In this document: piece by piece, positions 8,675 through 16,901 of the stretch | How the letters are laid out: the number at the start of each line of letters is the position of its first letter | Position numbering within the stretch: the stretch's first letter is position 1 | NCBI GenBank assembly: GCA_028282585.1 | Contig: JANQHR010000076.1 | Location: 1-28,765, forward strand | Reading direction: 5' to 3' | From: Bacteroidales bacterium | GTDB taxonomy: Bacteria; Bacteroidota; Bacteroidia; Bacteroidales; UBA12077 | Length of the DNA stretch: 28,765 bases | Notes under the pieces: model-generated | Databases searched by the model: none | Told to the model about the DNA's origin: nothing | What the model saw: only the letters and a program-made list of their open reading frames with translations | Made by a program: the position numbers and the translations under genes

Positions 8675-10586
8675 GCTCATTTTTACTTTCTTCCTGCATT
8701 TTTTTAACGATCGGTGCAAATTCTTCAACAATAGATGCAGTATCCCAACCCAGATCTTTATCTTTTGCTTCGTTTTCAATATCATCCAAAATCATTTTTT
8801 CTAAATCCTCAATGTATTGCCTTCCCGCTTTAAGAAAAGTTTTTCCTTCGTGTCGGGTTGCAGCTAATTTATACAGGTATTTTTCATCATACCTTCTAAA
8901 TTTTTTTAATGCCCTTTGTACCTGATAACTTCTATAACCTAAAAAGCTTAGAGCATCAGCTGCCATTCGAAGCGCACTATCAAAAAATTCACGGTAAACT
9001 CCAATGGTTTTTTTATCCATCATATCATAATGGTTAAACCAGTTCATCGACCTTGATATAATATCTAAATTTGGAAAATGCTTTTGGGCTGTTTCAACTA
9101 TTTCAACAGCTTTATCAGGATCGTCAACCGCAACGATTAGAAGCCTCGCTTCAGCAGCGCCTGCCGCATGCAAAAGGTCATGCCTTGATGCATCTCCATA
9201 GAATACCTTAAATCCTAATTTTCTTAAAAGGTCAACATTATTAGGATTAATATCTAAATAAGTTGCTTGCGTTCCATTTGCCTGTAGAAACCTTCCGATT
9301 GTACTTCCGTATCTTCCAAAACCAGCGATGATAACCTGGTTCTTTTCATCAATAACATCGGCTTCCCGGTCACTAACCTCCGTGGTTCCAAAATATGGTT
9401 GTATCAATTTTTCATTGAATACCATTAAAAGCGGTGTTAGTGCCATTGAAATGGCTACCGCTGCAATCAATGGATTGGCAATATTAATTTCTATGACTCC
9501 ATTTTGCAGTGCAAATGAAAATAAAACAAAAGCAAATTCTCCACCTTGTGCTAACCCAAATGCAAACAAAAGATTATTATCCATCTTCATTCCATAGATT
9601 CTTCCAATCACAATTAGAACAGCCAGCTTTATTAAAACCAACGCCGCTACTATTAAAGCAATTGTGCCTGGTTTTTGAAAAATAAGTTGAAAATCAATGG
9701 AAGCTCCAACAGCAATAAAAAATAATCCTAAAAGCAAGCCTTTGAAAGGCTCTATATCCGTTTCCAGTTCGTGCCTGTACTCGCTTTGTGCAAGTACAAC
9801 CCCTGCCAGGAATGTTCCAAGTGCCGGGCTCAGTCCAACCTGTGTCATAAGCAGCGTAATTCCAATAACCAATAATAAAGCTGCTGCAGTAAATAATTCA
9901 CGTAACCCGGTTTGGGCAATTAACCTAAATGCCGGGCTAATTAAATACTTTCCAGCTATTATGATGGATATTATAACTCCAAAAATGATCAAAGTTTGCC
10001 ATATGATGGGCAGGTTTTCTATCATAGTATGGGTTTCATACCTATCTGCATGGCTGGACTCGGCTACAGCTAATAATGGTATGATTGCTAAAATTGGAAT
10101 TACAGCTATATCTTGAAATAGCAATACAGAAAATGCATTTTGACCACCTTCCGATTTTAATAAGCCTTTTTCGTTCAATGTTTGAAGGACAATTGCTGTA
10201 GAAGATAATGCTAATGTTAATCCAATTACCAATGCAGTTTGCCATGGTAATGAAGTTACTATAAGAGTAATAGCCGTAATGATAATCGCAGTTACTAATA
10301 CTTGTATACCCCCTAATCCTAAAATAGGTGTACGCATTTTCCATAAAAGAGAAGGTTGAAGTTCTAATCCAATTAAAAACAGCATCATTACTACGCCAAA
10401 TTCTGCAAAATGCATCACATCCTGACCTTCTTCACCAATAAAGCCAAATACAAATGGGCCAATTAAAATTCCCGCAATCAGGTAACCTAAAACTGAACCC
10501 AACCCCAATCTTTTAGCTACAGGTACTGCTACAACTGCTGCTGTTAAATAAACAAATGCCTGGTAAAAAAATCCTCCTTCGTGCAT
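8661..10586 (-). CDS. kefB: KefB/KefC-type CPA2 K+/H+ antiporter with C-terminal KTN (TrkA-N) domain
   Basis: RLGLGSVLGYL, AEFGVVMMLFLIGLEL, LSSTAIVLQ, LLFQDIAVIP, regulatory loop HELETDIEPFKGLLLGLFF, QGGEFAFV and KTN 'IIAGFGRYG...VFYGDA'. KefB versus KefC cannot be resolved. Confidence 0.92.
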   Translation of the reverse strand: MHEGGFFYQAFVYLTAAVVAVPVAKRLGLGSVLGYLIAGILIGPFVFGFIGEEGQDVMHFAEFGVVMMLFLIGLELQPSLLWKMRTPILGLGGIQVLVTAIIITAITLIVTSLPWQTALVIGLTLALSSTAIVLQTLNEKGLLKSEGGQNAFSVLLFQDIAVIPILAIIPLLAVAESSHADRYETHTMIENLPIIWQTLIIFGVIISIIIAGKYLISPAFRLIAQTGLRELFTAAALLLVIGITLLMTQVGLSPALGTFLAGVVLAQSEYRHELETDIEPFKGLLLGLFFIAVGASIDFQLIFQKPGTIALIVAALVLIKLAVLIVIGRIYGMKMDNNLLFAFGLAQGGEFAFVLFSFALQNGVIEINIANPLIAAVAISMALTPLLMVFNEKLIQPYFGTTEVSDREADVIDEKNQVIIAGFGRYGSTIGRFLQANGTQATYLDINPNNVDLLRKLGFKVFYGDASRHDLLHAAGAAEARLLIVAVDDPDKAVEIVETAQKHFPNLDIISRSMNWFNHYDMMDKKTIGVYREFFDSALRMAADALSFLGYRSYQVQRALKKFRRYDEKYLYKLAATRHEGKTFLKAGRQYIEDLEKMILDDIENEAKDKDLGWDTASIVEEFAPIVKKMQEESKNEQSPG

Positions 10587-10587
10587 A

Positions 10588-11184
10588 TTATTTTCCCTCC
10601 ATTTTTAAGTAATCGTTCAAGTAATCCAGCTTTGCAGCCCTTTCAACATCTAATTTATTTGCATTGACTAACTTTAATATGTTAAAATAATCATTCTTAT
10701 AGTCCAATACTTCATCAGGTTCTAATGCATGCGTGCCGTGAACAACAAATGGAGGTAAGGGAACCATTTTGCATAATACTGCAGTTTGCCTTATGGGAGA
10801 CAGAAGCTGATTGATTGTATGATTATGAAAATTACCTAATTGATAAGCTTGCCTTGGCCCACCCACTGTTAAAGCAGTAAAGAATAACTTACCCTTCAGT
10901 GCATTCCCCTGGCTGCCAAATGCCCAGCCATGTTCAAGAACCAGATCCTGCCACTCTTTTAAAATAGCCGGAGTGCTATACCAGAAAAAAGGATGCTGAA
11001 AAATTACACAATCGTGCTCCTCCATTAAATCCTGTTCCTTCTGAACATCAATATCAAACTCCGGGTAATGTTCATACAAATCACGAAAAGTAACACCTTC
11101 GATATGTGTAATGCCATCAACAAGAATTTTATTAATACGCGATTTGTGAAATGCCGGGTGAGCAAATAATACAAGTACTTTCAT
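10588..11184 (-). CDS. kefG: Kef ancillary NAD(P)H oxidoreductase (KefG/KefF, Flavodoxin_2)
   Basis: LFAHP...SRIN, DLYEHYPEFDIDV, 'FQHPFFWYSTPAILKEWQDLVLEHGWAFG'. Its stop is 1 bp upstream of the kefB start. Confidence 0.9.
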   Translation of the reverse strand: MKVLVLFAHPAFHKSRINKILVDGITHIEGVTFRDLYEHYPEFDIDVQKEQDLMEEHDCVIFQHPFFWYSTPAILKEWQDLVLEHGWAFGSQGNALKGKLFFTALTVGGPRQAYQLGNFHNHTINQLLSPIRQTAVLCKMVPLPPFVVHGTHALEPDEVLDYKNDYFNILKLVNANKLDVERAAKLDYLNDYLKMEGK

Positions 11185-11199
11185 ATAAATTTGTATAAA

Positions 11200-11244
11200 T
11201 TAGAACATTAAATATAAACAGAAAAATTATATCTAATGTTCTAA
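11200..11244 (-). other. 18-bp stem hairpin between dinB-like and kefG
   Basis: Minus-strand RNA TTAGAACATTAGATATAA-tttttctgt-TTATATTTAATGTTCTAA has 17 Watson-Crick pairs and one G-U pair. Confidence 0.7.
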
Positions 11245-11274
11245 AATTATTAATATCGATTTATTAAGGTTTAT

Positions 11275-11823
11275 TTACATATCATTTGTAAAAGCGTAAA
11301 TCCTAAACTGCGAAATATCGTAACCAACACCAAGTTCGCTCAAAATCTGTGAAATTTGTCCTCTATGATGAATTTGATGTGAAAATAAATGTTCTAACCA
11401 ACTTGCCGGAGATGGAGCAAAAAAATTACCGGCAGGAGGAACCTGATAATCCTCCAGATCAATTGAAGTTAAATCAACAGATCTTGTAAATTCGATTAAA
11501 GCATCATCAAATTTTATAAGCAATGATTTTAAATCCATATAAGATTCGGAAGGATTTGGTCTCATGTCAACCCTCACATCAAGAAAATCCTTATTATAGC
11601 TTGCTTTTACACCTTTTCTATACAAAATTTGATATAAAAAAATACCTGCGTATACTAAATGTCCAACTAAATCGAACATAGAAATATCTGGCTGAATGCT
11701 TCCAGCTATACAACCCCCTCTAGGCTGTCTTAAAATTTCCTCATCCACCTCATCAATAAAACTTAAAAGTTTCATGTCCGAGTTTTTATTATAAATTGCT
11801 CTTATTTCCAATGATTTTTTCAT
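11275..11823 (-). CDS. DinB/YfiT-superfamily protein
   Basis: N-terminal 'YN', first His in 'LVGHLV' and C-terminal 'HLFSHQIHHRGQISQILSELG' (metal-binding His triad). Confidence 0.85.
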   Translation of the reverse strand: MKKSLEIRAIYNKNSDMKLLSFIDEVDEEILRQPRGGCIAGSIQPDISMFDLVGHLVYAGIFLYQILYRKGVKASYNKDFLDVRVDMRPNPSESYMDLKSLLIKFDDALIEFTRSVDLTSIDLEDYQVPPAGNFFAPSPASWLEHLFSHQIHHRGQISQILSELGVGYDISQFRIYAFTNDM

Positions 11824-11829
11824 GGTTAA

Positions 11830-12402
11830 CTAATTTAAAATTGGTAATACAACTTTTTCTATATGCGTATTTAAACGTCTTAAATCATTCTCGATTTGCG
11901 GTGATTTTATAACATTATAGGCTGCAAAACTCTTCAGTCCATTCATACCACAAAACTTATTGGTTTTATGCATATGGAATAGAAATTGGTCCAAACTCTG
12001 CCCTTCGAAGAATTGCTCTTTATCGTTAAATGCTGTTTCCGGTGCATTGGAAGTAATTGAAAACATGTACGTTTTCTCGTTCATTAAACCGTTTCCAAAC
12101 CCATATTTAGCATCTTCTTCACCCATTCCGAAGAATACGCCGTAAGCATAAACTTCATCTATATATTTTTTCATTAAAGCTGGTATACTAAACCAGTAAA
12201 CCGGAAATTGGAATATAATTAAATCTGCATTCTTAAATTTCTCTTGTTCTTCTTCAACATGATAGCCATTTTTAACAATCGTTTTTACAATGGTAAAATC
12301 CTCTTTTAACCTATCTTCAATAGCATTTAAAATTGTTTGATTAAATCTTCCTTCTGCAAACGCGTAAGGCTCATGACCATTTATTAATAATACGTTTTTC
12401 AT
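11830..12402 (-). CDS. mdaB: MdaB-like NAD(P)H:quinone oxidoreductase (Flavodoxin_2)
   Basis: VLLINGH...AEGRFN, 'EEEQEKFKNADLIIFQFPVYWFSIPALMKKYIDEVY', YG.G.G, YMFSITSNAP..AF...QFFEG and HKTNKFCGM match the MdaB pattern. Confidence 0.8.
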   Translation of the reverse strand: MKNVLLINGHEPYAFAEGRFNQTILNAIEDRLKEDFTIVKTIVKNGYHVEEEQEKFKNADLIIFQFPVYWFSIPALMKKYIDEVYAYGVFFGMGEEDAKYGFGNGLMNEKTYMFSITSNAPETAFNDKEQFFEGQSLDQFLFHMHKTNKFCGMNGLKSFAAYNVIKSPQIENDLRRLNTHIEKVVLPILN

Positions 12403-12439
12403 TTTTTAATCGCTTTTATAAAATTTATTATAGTGTTTT

Positions 12440-12454
12440 ATCGCATTTAGCGAT
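12440..12454. promoter_or_regulatory. LysR-type operator 1 (ATCG-N7-CGAT)
   Basis: ATCGCATTTAGCGAT palindrome containing T-N11-A, in the divergent mdaB/LysR intergenic region. Confidence 0.65.
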
Positions 12455-12474
12455 ACAAAGAAAAATAAAAGTTA

Positions 12475-12482
12475 TATATTTG
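12475..12482 (+). promoter_or_regulatory. Bacteroidota -7 box (TATATTTG) for the LysR gene
   Basis: TAnnTTTG match 42 bp upstream of ATG 12525. Confidence 0.55.
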
Positions 12483-12508
12483 CATAACAGAATTTTTAGA
12501 TGCATTTA

Positions 12509-12523
12509 ATCGAAATTATCGAT
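12509..12523. promoter_or_regulatory. LysR-type operator 2 (ATCG-N7-CGAT)
   Basis: ATCGAAATTATCGAT ends 1 bp before the LysR start codon, which fits autorepression. Confidence 0.65.
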
Positions 12524-12524
12524 C

Positions 12525-13367
12525 ATGAATTTACAGTTTATTAAATATTTTATTGTTCTTGCTGAAATAAAGAATTTTACAAAGGCTGCTGAAAAGATGT
12601 ATGTCGTTCAATCTACTTTTTCTGCCGGAATAAAAAAACTGGAAGAACATTTGGATTGTCAACTATTTTACCGGGACAAGCGAAATGTTAACCTTACCCC
12701 GGAAGGTTTTGCTTTATTGCCCAAAGCAAAAAAACTTCTTTCTCAATGGAATACCATCGAATCAGAATTTACGAATACGGATCAAAAAATACTACAGATT
12801 GGAATTCTCAATAATATCCTTTTTGATGCCATCATCCCCAATTTTAAAAGTTTCCAGGAACTGTACGGGCAATACCAGGTTCAAATTACGGAAGAAAACA
12901 GGGATTCTCTGTTGGAAATGCTTGAAAAAGAAAAGTTGGATGGTATATACATTGAAAATGGCTCTTTTGATGAAAGCATTTTTAAAAGTAGAATGGTTTA
13001 TAAAGAGAAGTTAGATGTTGCTCTTCCCAATAACCACCCGCTTGCAGAAAAAAGCCAACTGTCCCTTAAAGCATTGGATGGTTTACCGTTTATTGAGCGC
13101 TGCAATTGTGCCCTGTTTAATGAGGTTGAAGAAGCATTTTCTGAAAACGGTATTAAAACAATTCCTGTATTTAAAGCCAATAATGATGATACGGTAACCT
13201 CCTTAATTTCATCCGGAATTGGAATATCATTATTATCCAAACCTAGCAAACCCATTGAAGGCATCCGGTTTATTCCATTATCCGACGCCGATTTTAAACG
13301 ACAACTAATTTTTGTTTGGAAAAAAAGCCATAATTCGAAAGCTTTACAAAATTTTCTTTCTGTTTAA
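12525..13367 (+). CDS. LysR-family transcriptional regulator
   Basis: HTH 'NFTKAAEKMYVVQSTFSAGIKKLEEHLDCQLFYRDKRNVNLTPEG' plus a substrate-binding domain (HPLA...SGIGISLL). Divergent from mdaB. Confidence 0.95.
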   Translation: MNLQFIKYFIVLAEIKNFTKAAEKMYVVQSTFSAGIKKLEEHLDCQLFYRDKRNVNLTPEGFALLPKAKKLLSQWNTIESEFTNTDQKILQIGILNNILFDAIIPNFKSFQELYGQYQVQITEENRDSLLEMLEKEKLDGIYIENGSFDESIFKSRMVYKEKLDVALPNNHPLAEKSQLSLKALDGLPFIERCNCALFNEVEEAFSENGIKTIPVFKANNDDTVTSLISSGIGISLLSKPSKPIEGIRFIPLSDADFKRQLIFVWKKSHNSKALQNFLSV

Positions 13368-13371
13368 TGCT

Positions 13372-13379
13372 TACATTTG
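13372..13379 (+). promoter_or_regulatory. Bacteroidota -7 box (TACATTTG) for the DMT gene
   Basis: TAnnTTTG match 20 bp upstream of ATG 13400. Confidence 0.55.
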
Positions 13380-13399
13380 GTGCTTAATTCAAGTTATCC

Positions 13400-14293
13400 A
13401 TGAACGATCTTAAAAAATCTTATACATTCCTGGTAATTGGCGCTGTTTTAATTGCTTTTTCGCCGGTATTAATTAAAGCGGCAGGTGCTCCAGGGACAAC
13501 TGCCGTATTTTACAGGCTGTTTTTTGGTACTGTTGCGTTAATTATACCATTTACAATTTCAAGGATAAGGGCTAAAAACAAACTTGATAAGAAAGGAATT
13601 TTCATTGCCATTTTAGCCGGATTATGCTTAGCAATTGACATGAATTTATGGGCAACAGGCATTATGGCTTCCAATGCGGCGATGCCAACCCTGGTTGCTA
13701 ACCTGGCGCCCCTATGGGTTGGAATTGGAGCCTTTCTGTTTTTTAAGGAAAGGCAAAACCTATTGTTTTGGATGGGCCTGCTCATTGCATTCTCGGGTGT
13801 TAGCTTCTTAATTATTCAGGATTTGGTGCTTGCCAACGGAATAATTAAAGGGCTCCTGTTTGGATTATTAGGCGGAATGTTTTATGCAGCTTTTATGCTC
13901 TTTGCACAAACGGGAAGAAAAAAATTGGATACCATCTCTTTCTTATTCATCAGCACCTTAGCAACTACTATATTTCTGGGAATATTTATGAAAATTCAGA
14001 ATTTCGGTTTTATAGGTTTTTCTGTGAAAACCTGGGTTTACTTTATTATTATGGGGATAATGATTCAGGCAGGAGCCTGGTTTTTGATCAATTTTGCACA
14101 AGGTTTTTTACCTGCTTCCTTAGTCTCTCCCACCTTATTGGCTCAACCCGTATTAGCCGGCGGAATTGCTTATTTTATGCTTGGAGAAGAGCTAAGTGGG
14201 TGGCAAATTTTCGGTGGCTTTGTAGTTGTTATTGGAATTTATACCGTACATTTTGCCAAACAAAGAAAGAATAAAAGATTATTAAAAGATTAA
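13400..14293 (+). CDS. DMT/EamA-family transporter
   Basis: Ten TM helices in two repeats; FYRL, 'NLAPLWV...FFKER' and 'LAQPV...MLGEELS..QI.GG'. Confidence 0.92.
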   Translation: MNDLKKSYTFLVIGAVLIAFSPVLIKAAGAPGTTAVFYRLFFGTVALIIPFTISRIRAKNKLDKKGIFIAILAGLCLAIDMNLWATGIMASNAAMPTLVANLAPLWVGIGAFLFFKERQNLLFWMGLLIAFSGVSFLIIQDLVLANGIIKGLLFGLLGGMFYAAFMLFAQTGRKKLDTISFLFISTLATTIFLGIFMKIQNFGFIGFSVKTWVYFIIMGIMIQAGAWFLINFAQGFLPASLVSPTLLAQPVLAGGIAYFMLGEELSGWQIFGGFVVVIGIYTVHFAKQRKNKRLLKD

Positions 14294-14356
14294 TGTGAAT
14301 GAAAAATGCATTCGAAGTAAATTTTATAACTTGTACCAACTTAAAGAACTATAGTT

Positions 14357-14701
14357 ATGGCATACGATATAAACTTATCCGATAGAATTAGCAGAGTGTT
14401 AAACTCAAAAAAAATTCCATTTGAAGAAAAGAAGATGATGGGTGGTTTATGTTACATGGTTGATGATAAAATGTGTGTTGGTATAATTAAGGAGCATTTA
14501 ATGATTCGCATTGACCCTGAAATTCAGGATGAATTATTGCAAAAGCCTGGTTGTAGAATCATGGATTTTACCAAGCGCCCTATGAAAGGGTTCTTGTATG
14601 TAGATCCGGTTGGAACCGACATGGACGAAGATTTGGAAACCTGGATTCAATACGCATTGGATTTTAACCCAAAAGCAAAAAGCAGCAAAAAAAGGAAATA
14701 A
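14357..14701 (+). CDS. TfoX/Sxy N-terminal domain protein
   Basis: 'EKKMMGGLCYMVDDKMCVGI...LMIRI...MDFTKRPMKGFLYV'. Confidence 0.9.
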   Translation: MAYDINLSDRISRVLNSKKIPFEEKKMMGGLCYMVDDKMCVGIIKEHLMIRIDPEIQDELLQKPGCRIMDFTKRPMKGFLYVDPVGTDMDEDLETWIQYALDFNPKAKSSKKRK

Positions 14702-14752
14702 TGGTATTCTCGTATAAAAATTACGTAATTTTAAAATTTAAAATTTAACCCT

Positions 14753-15793
14753 ATGAAAGCATCCAGAATTACAAACGGGTTACTCATAGCCTTTGCTATG
14801 GTCGTTATGTTTATTTACGGTAAAAACCTGATCCTGCCTTTCGTTGTCTCGCTCATTTTTTGGTTTTTAATCAAAGAAATTCGTGATGCACTTAATAAAA
14901 TAAAATTCATTGATAAAATTATCCCCAATGCCATTTTAAATGTAGTTGGGTTTGCAGCTATATTTGCTATTATTGGAGGGATAGCAAAGATACTTACGGT
15001 AAATATTCAACAGCTCTCGGAGCAATTGCCTGTTTATCAAAGCAACATAACAAAAATCACCGAATCTATCAATGCAACTTTCAATATAGACCTGGTCAGT
15101 TCCGCTCGGGAATTTTTGGGCGAATATGAATACACAAAACTTTTATCCGGGGTGTTTAATTCCATAACCGAAGTATTTGGCGATGCTTTTTTAATCATTA
15201 TTTATACCCTGTTCTTATTATTGGAAGAGCCCTATTTTTCCAGAAAAATCAACGCAATCTACTCCAGGAAGAATGAGGAAGAGGACGTAAAAGGAATCCT
15301 AAAAGAACTGGACAAATCAATTGGGAGGTATTTATCTTTAAAAACCTTAATTAGTTTATTAACTGGTTTTCTGAGTTATTTTGCACTCTTATTCATCGGA
15401 ATTGATGCACCCTTATTTTGGGCATTTCTAATTTTCTTAATGAATTACATCCCTACTGTGGGTTCTTTAATTGCAACCATTTTCCCGGCCATGTTTGCCA
15501 TGCTGCAATTTGGTGAGTTAATGCCCGGAGTTTGGGTCCTGATCGTTGTTGGAACGATTCAACTAGTAGTTGGAAATTATATCGACCCAAAACTTACGGG
15601 AAGCACATTAAATGTTAGCCCATTGGTAGTAATAATCGGGCTTGCTTTTTGGGGTGCAATCTGGGGAATTATAGGAATGATTTTAAGTGTTCCTATTGCT
15701 GTAATGATGATCATAATTTTTTCACAATTCCCAAGCACAAGAGGAATTGCCGTATTACTGACAAAAGATGGAAGTATCTTAAACAAAAAATAA
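14753..15793 (+). CDS. AI-2E-family transporter
   Basis: 'LILPFV', 'LPVYQ', 'YLSLKTLISLLTG', 'LMNYIPTVGS', 'GNYIDPKLTG..LNVSP' and 'WG.IWGIIGMILSVP'. Confidence 0.93.
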   Translation: MKASRITNGLLIAFAMVVMFIYGKNLILPFVVSLIFWFLIKEIRDALNKIKFIDKIIPNAILNVVGFAAIFAIIGGIAKILTVNIQQLSEQLPVYQSNITKITESINATFNIDLVSSAREFLGEYEYTKLLSGVFNSITEVFGDAFLIIIYTLFLLLEEPYFSRKINAIYSRKNEEEDVKGILKELDKSIGRYLSLKTLISLLTGFLSYFALLFIGIDAPLFWAFLIFLMNYIPTVGSLIATIFPAMFAMLQFGELMPGVWVLIVVGTIQLVVGNYIDPKLTGSTLNVSPLVVIIGLAFWGAIWGIIGMILSVPIAVMMIIIFSQFPSTRGIAVLLTKDGSILNKK

Positions 15794-15840
15794 AAAAAAT
15801 ATAGCTATTTTCTATTTATCCAACAATATATTAACCTATT

Positions 15841-16167
15841 ATGGAAGATAAAATAAATCATTCGGAAGTTTTTGATTTTGCTCAAAAAGTTCAATACTCA
15901 AGCGATGGAATTGTAAGTAAAAAGATCATTCAAAGGCCCGTTGGAAATATTACTTTGTTTGCGTTTGACAAGGGGCAGGAGTTAAGCGAACATTCTGCAC
16001 CATTTGATGCCTTAATTCAGGTTTTAGAAGGTAAAGCACAAGTTATCATAGATAAAAAGCCCTATGATGTTTCAGAAGGAAGTTCAATTATTATGCCTGC
16101 GAATATTCCACATGCAGTTAAAGCCCCAACCAAGTTTAAAATGCTTTTAACCATGGTTAAGGGTTAA
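15841..16167 (+). CDS. Cupin-domain protein
   Basis: 'ITLFAFDKGQELSEHSAPFDALIQVLEG...IIMPANIPHAV...FKMLLTM'. Confidence 0.93.
   Translation: MEDKINHSEVFDFAQKVQYSSDGIVSKKIIQRPVGNITLFAFDKGQELSEHSAPFDALIQVLEGKAQVIIDKKPYDVSEGSSIIMPANIPHAVKAPTKFKMLLTMVKG
16156..16167 (+). repeat. 12-bp direct repeat, left copy (GTTAAGGGTTAA), the last 4 codons of the cupin gene
   Basis: Exact second copy at 16885-16896. Confidence 0.85.
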
Positions 16168-16268
16168 ATATTAGCCCTTCATCTTATAAGGGGATAACAC
16201 AAGCTAATTTTGTACCAAACCAAGGCTATTTTAAGCCTCTTGGTAAAACAATATGACTTAATAATCGT

Positions 16269-16276
16269 TAAATTTG
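16269..16276 (+). promoter_or_regulatory. Bacteroidota -7 box (TAAATTTG) for the TA operon
   Basis: TAnnTTTG match 14 bp upstream of ATG 16291. It argues against the TTG 16210 start in the ORF track. Confidence 0.55.
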
Positions 16277-16290
16277 TAAGAAAACAAAAA

Positions 16291-16524
16291 ATGAGTATCA
16301 TGAACATTATTGAAAAAAGAGATTACATACATAATCATTTATCCCGGGCAGATGAAAAGATTATAGATGAATTGTTCGAAAGGCTTCGTTCTGTTTTTGA
16401 AGAAGAAGCAGTTCTGCAATCTAAATTAGAGAGCAGAGCTAAAAAATCAGAAGAAAACATTAGCGCGGGTAAGCTTTTTTCAAGAGAAGAAATTGAAAAA
16501 CGAACAAACCAAATAGGCAGTTAA
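16291..16524 (+). CDS. Putative type II antitoxin (start 16291 or 16300)
   Basis: Small charged protein with 'SEENISAGKLFSREEI' C-terminal motif typical of ParE/RelE partners. Its stop overlaps the toxin start (TAATG). Confidence 0.75.
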   Translation: MSIMNIIEKRDYIHNHLSRADEKIIDELFERLRSVFEEEAVLQSKLESRAKKSEENISAGKLFSREEIEKRTNQIGS

Positions 16525-16823
16525 TGAAGTTAGTTTATACAGAACAAGCTTTAACCAGCCTTAACGAAGCATTGGAATTTATTGCATCAAAAGTTTCTCA
16601 TGAGAAATTAATAGAAATACGAGGCCAAATTCTTGATGCTGCAGACATATTGCTTGAACAACCACTTGCCGGGCAAAGGGAATATTTATTAGAACATTTG
16701 GAATTAAGCCATAGAAGGCTTGTTAATGGCCATTACAAAATAATTTACCGAATTGCAGGCGAATATATTTATATTACAGATATTTTTGACTCCAGGCAAG
16801 ATCCTGCGAAAATCAAAGGGTAA
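16524..16823 (+). CDS. Type II toxin, RelE/ParE family
   Basis: 'MKLVYTEQA...L...P..G...HRRLVNGHYKIIYRI...IYITDIFDSRQDP'. Confidence 0.92.
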   Translation: MKLVYTEQALTSLNEALEFIASKVSHEKLIEIRGQILDAADILLEQPLAGQREYLLEHLELSHRRLVNGHYKIIYRIAGEYIYITDIFDSRQDPAKIKG

Positions 16824-16884
16824 TTTTAATAAGTTGTTTTTCTTCGTGCCCTTTTTCACTTTCAGTTATAATCTTTAGCTTACA

Positions 16885-16896
16885 GTTAAGGGTTAA
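16885..16896 (+). repeat. 12-bp direct repeat, right copy (GTTAAGGGTTAA)
   Basis: Identical to 16156-16167, 729 bp downstream. The two copies bracket only the TA operon. Confidence 0.85.
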
Positions 16897-16901
16897 CAAA
16901 C

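Noticed and set aside
14357-15793. TfoX + AI-2E as a competence or quorum-sensing module
   Set aside because: Stand-alone TfoX_N proteins and AI-2E permeases are widespread, and the family names do not imply those functions. No luxS or com genes are present.
16210-16290. N-terminal extension of the antitoxin from TTG 16210
   Set aside because: It contains the likely -7 promoter box (16269-16276). ATG 16291 or 16300 gives a normal antitoxin size.
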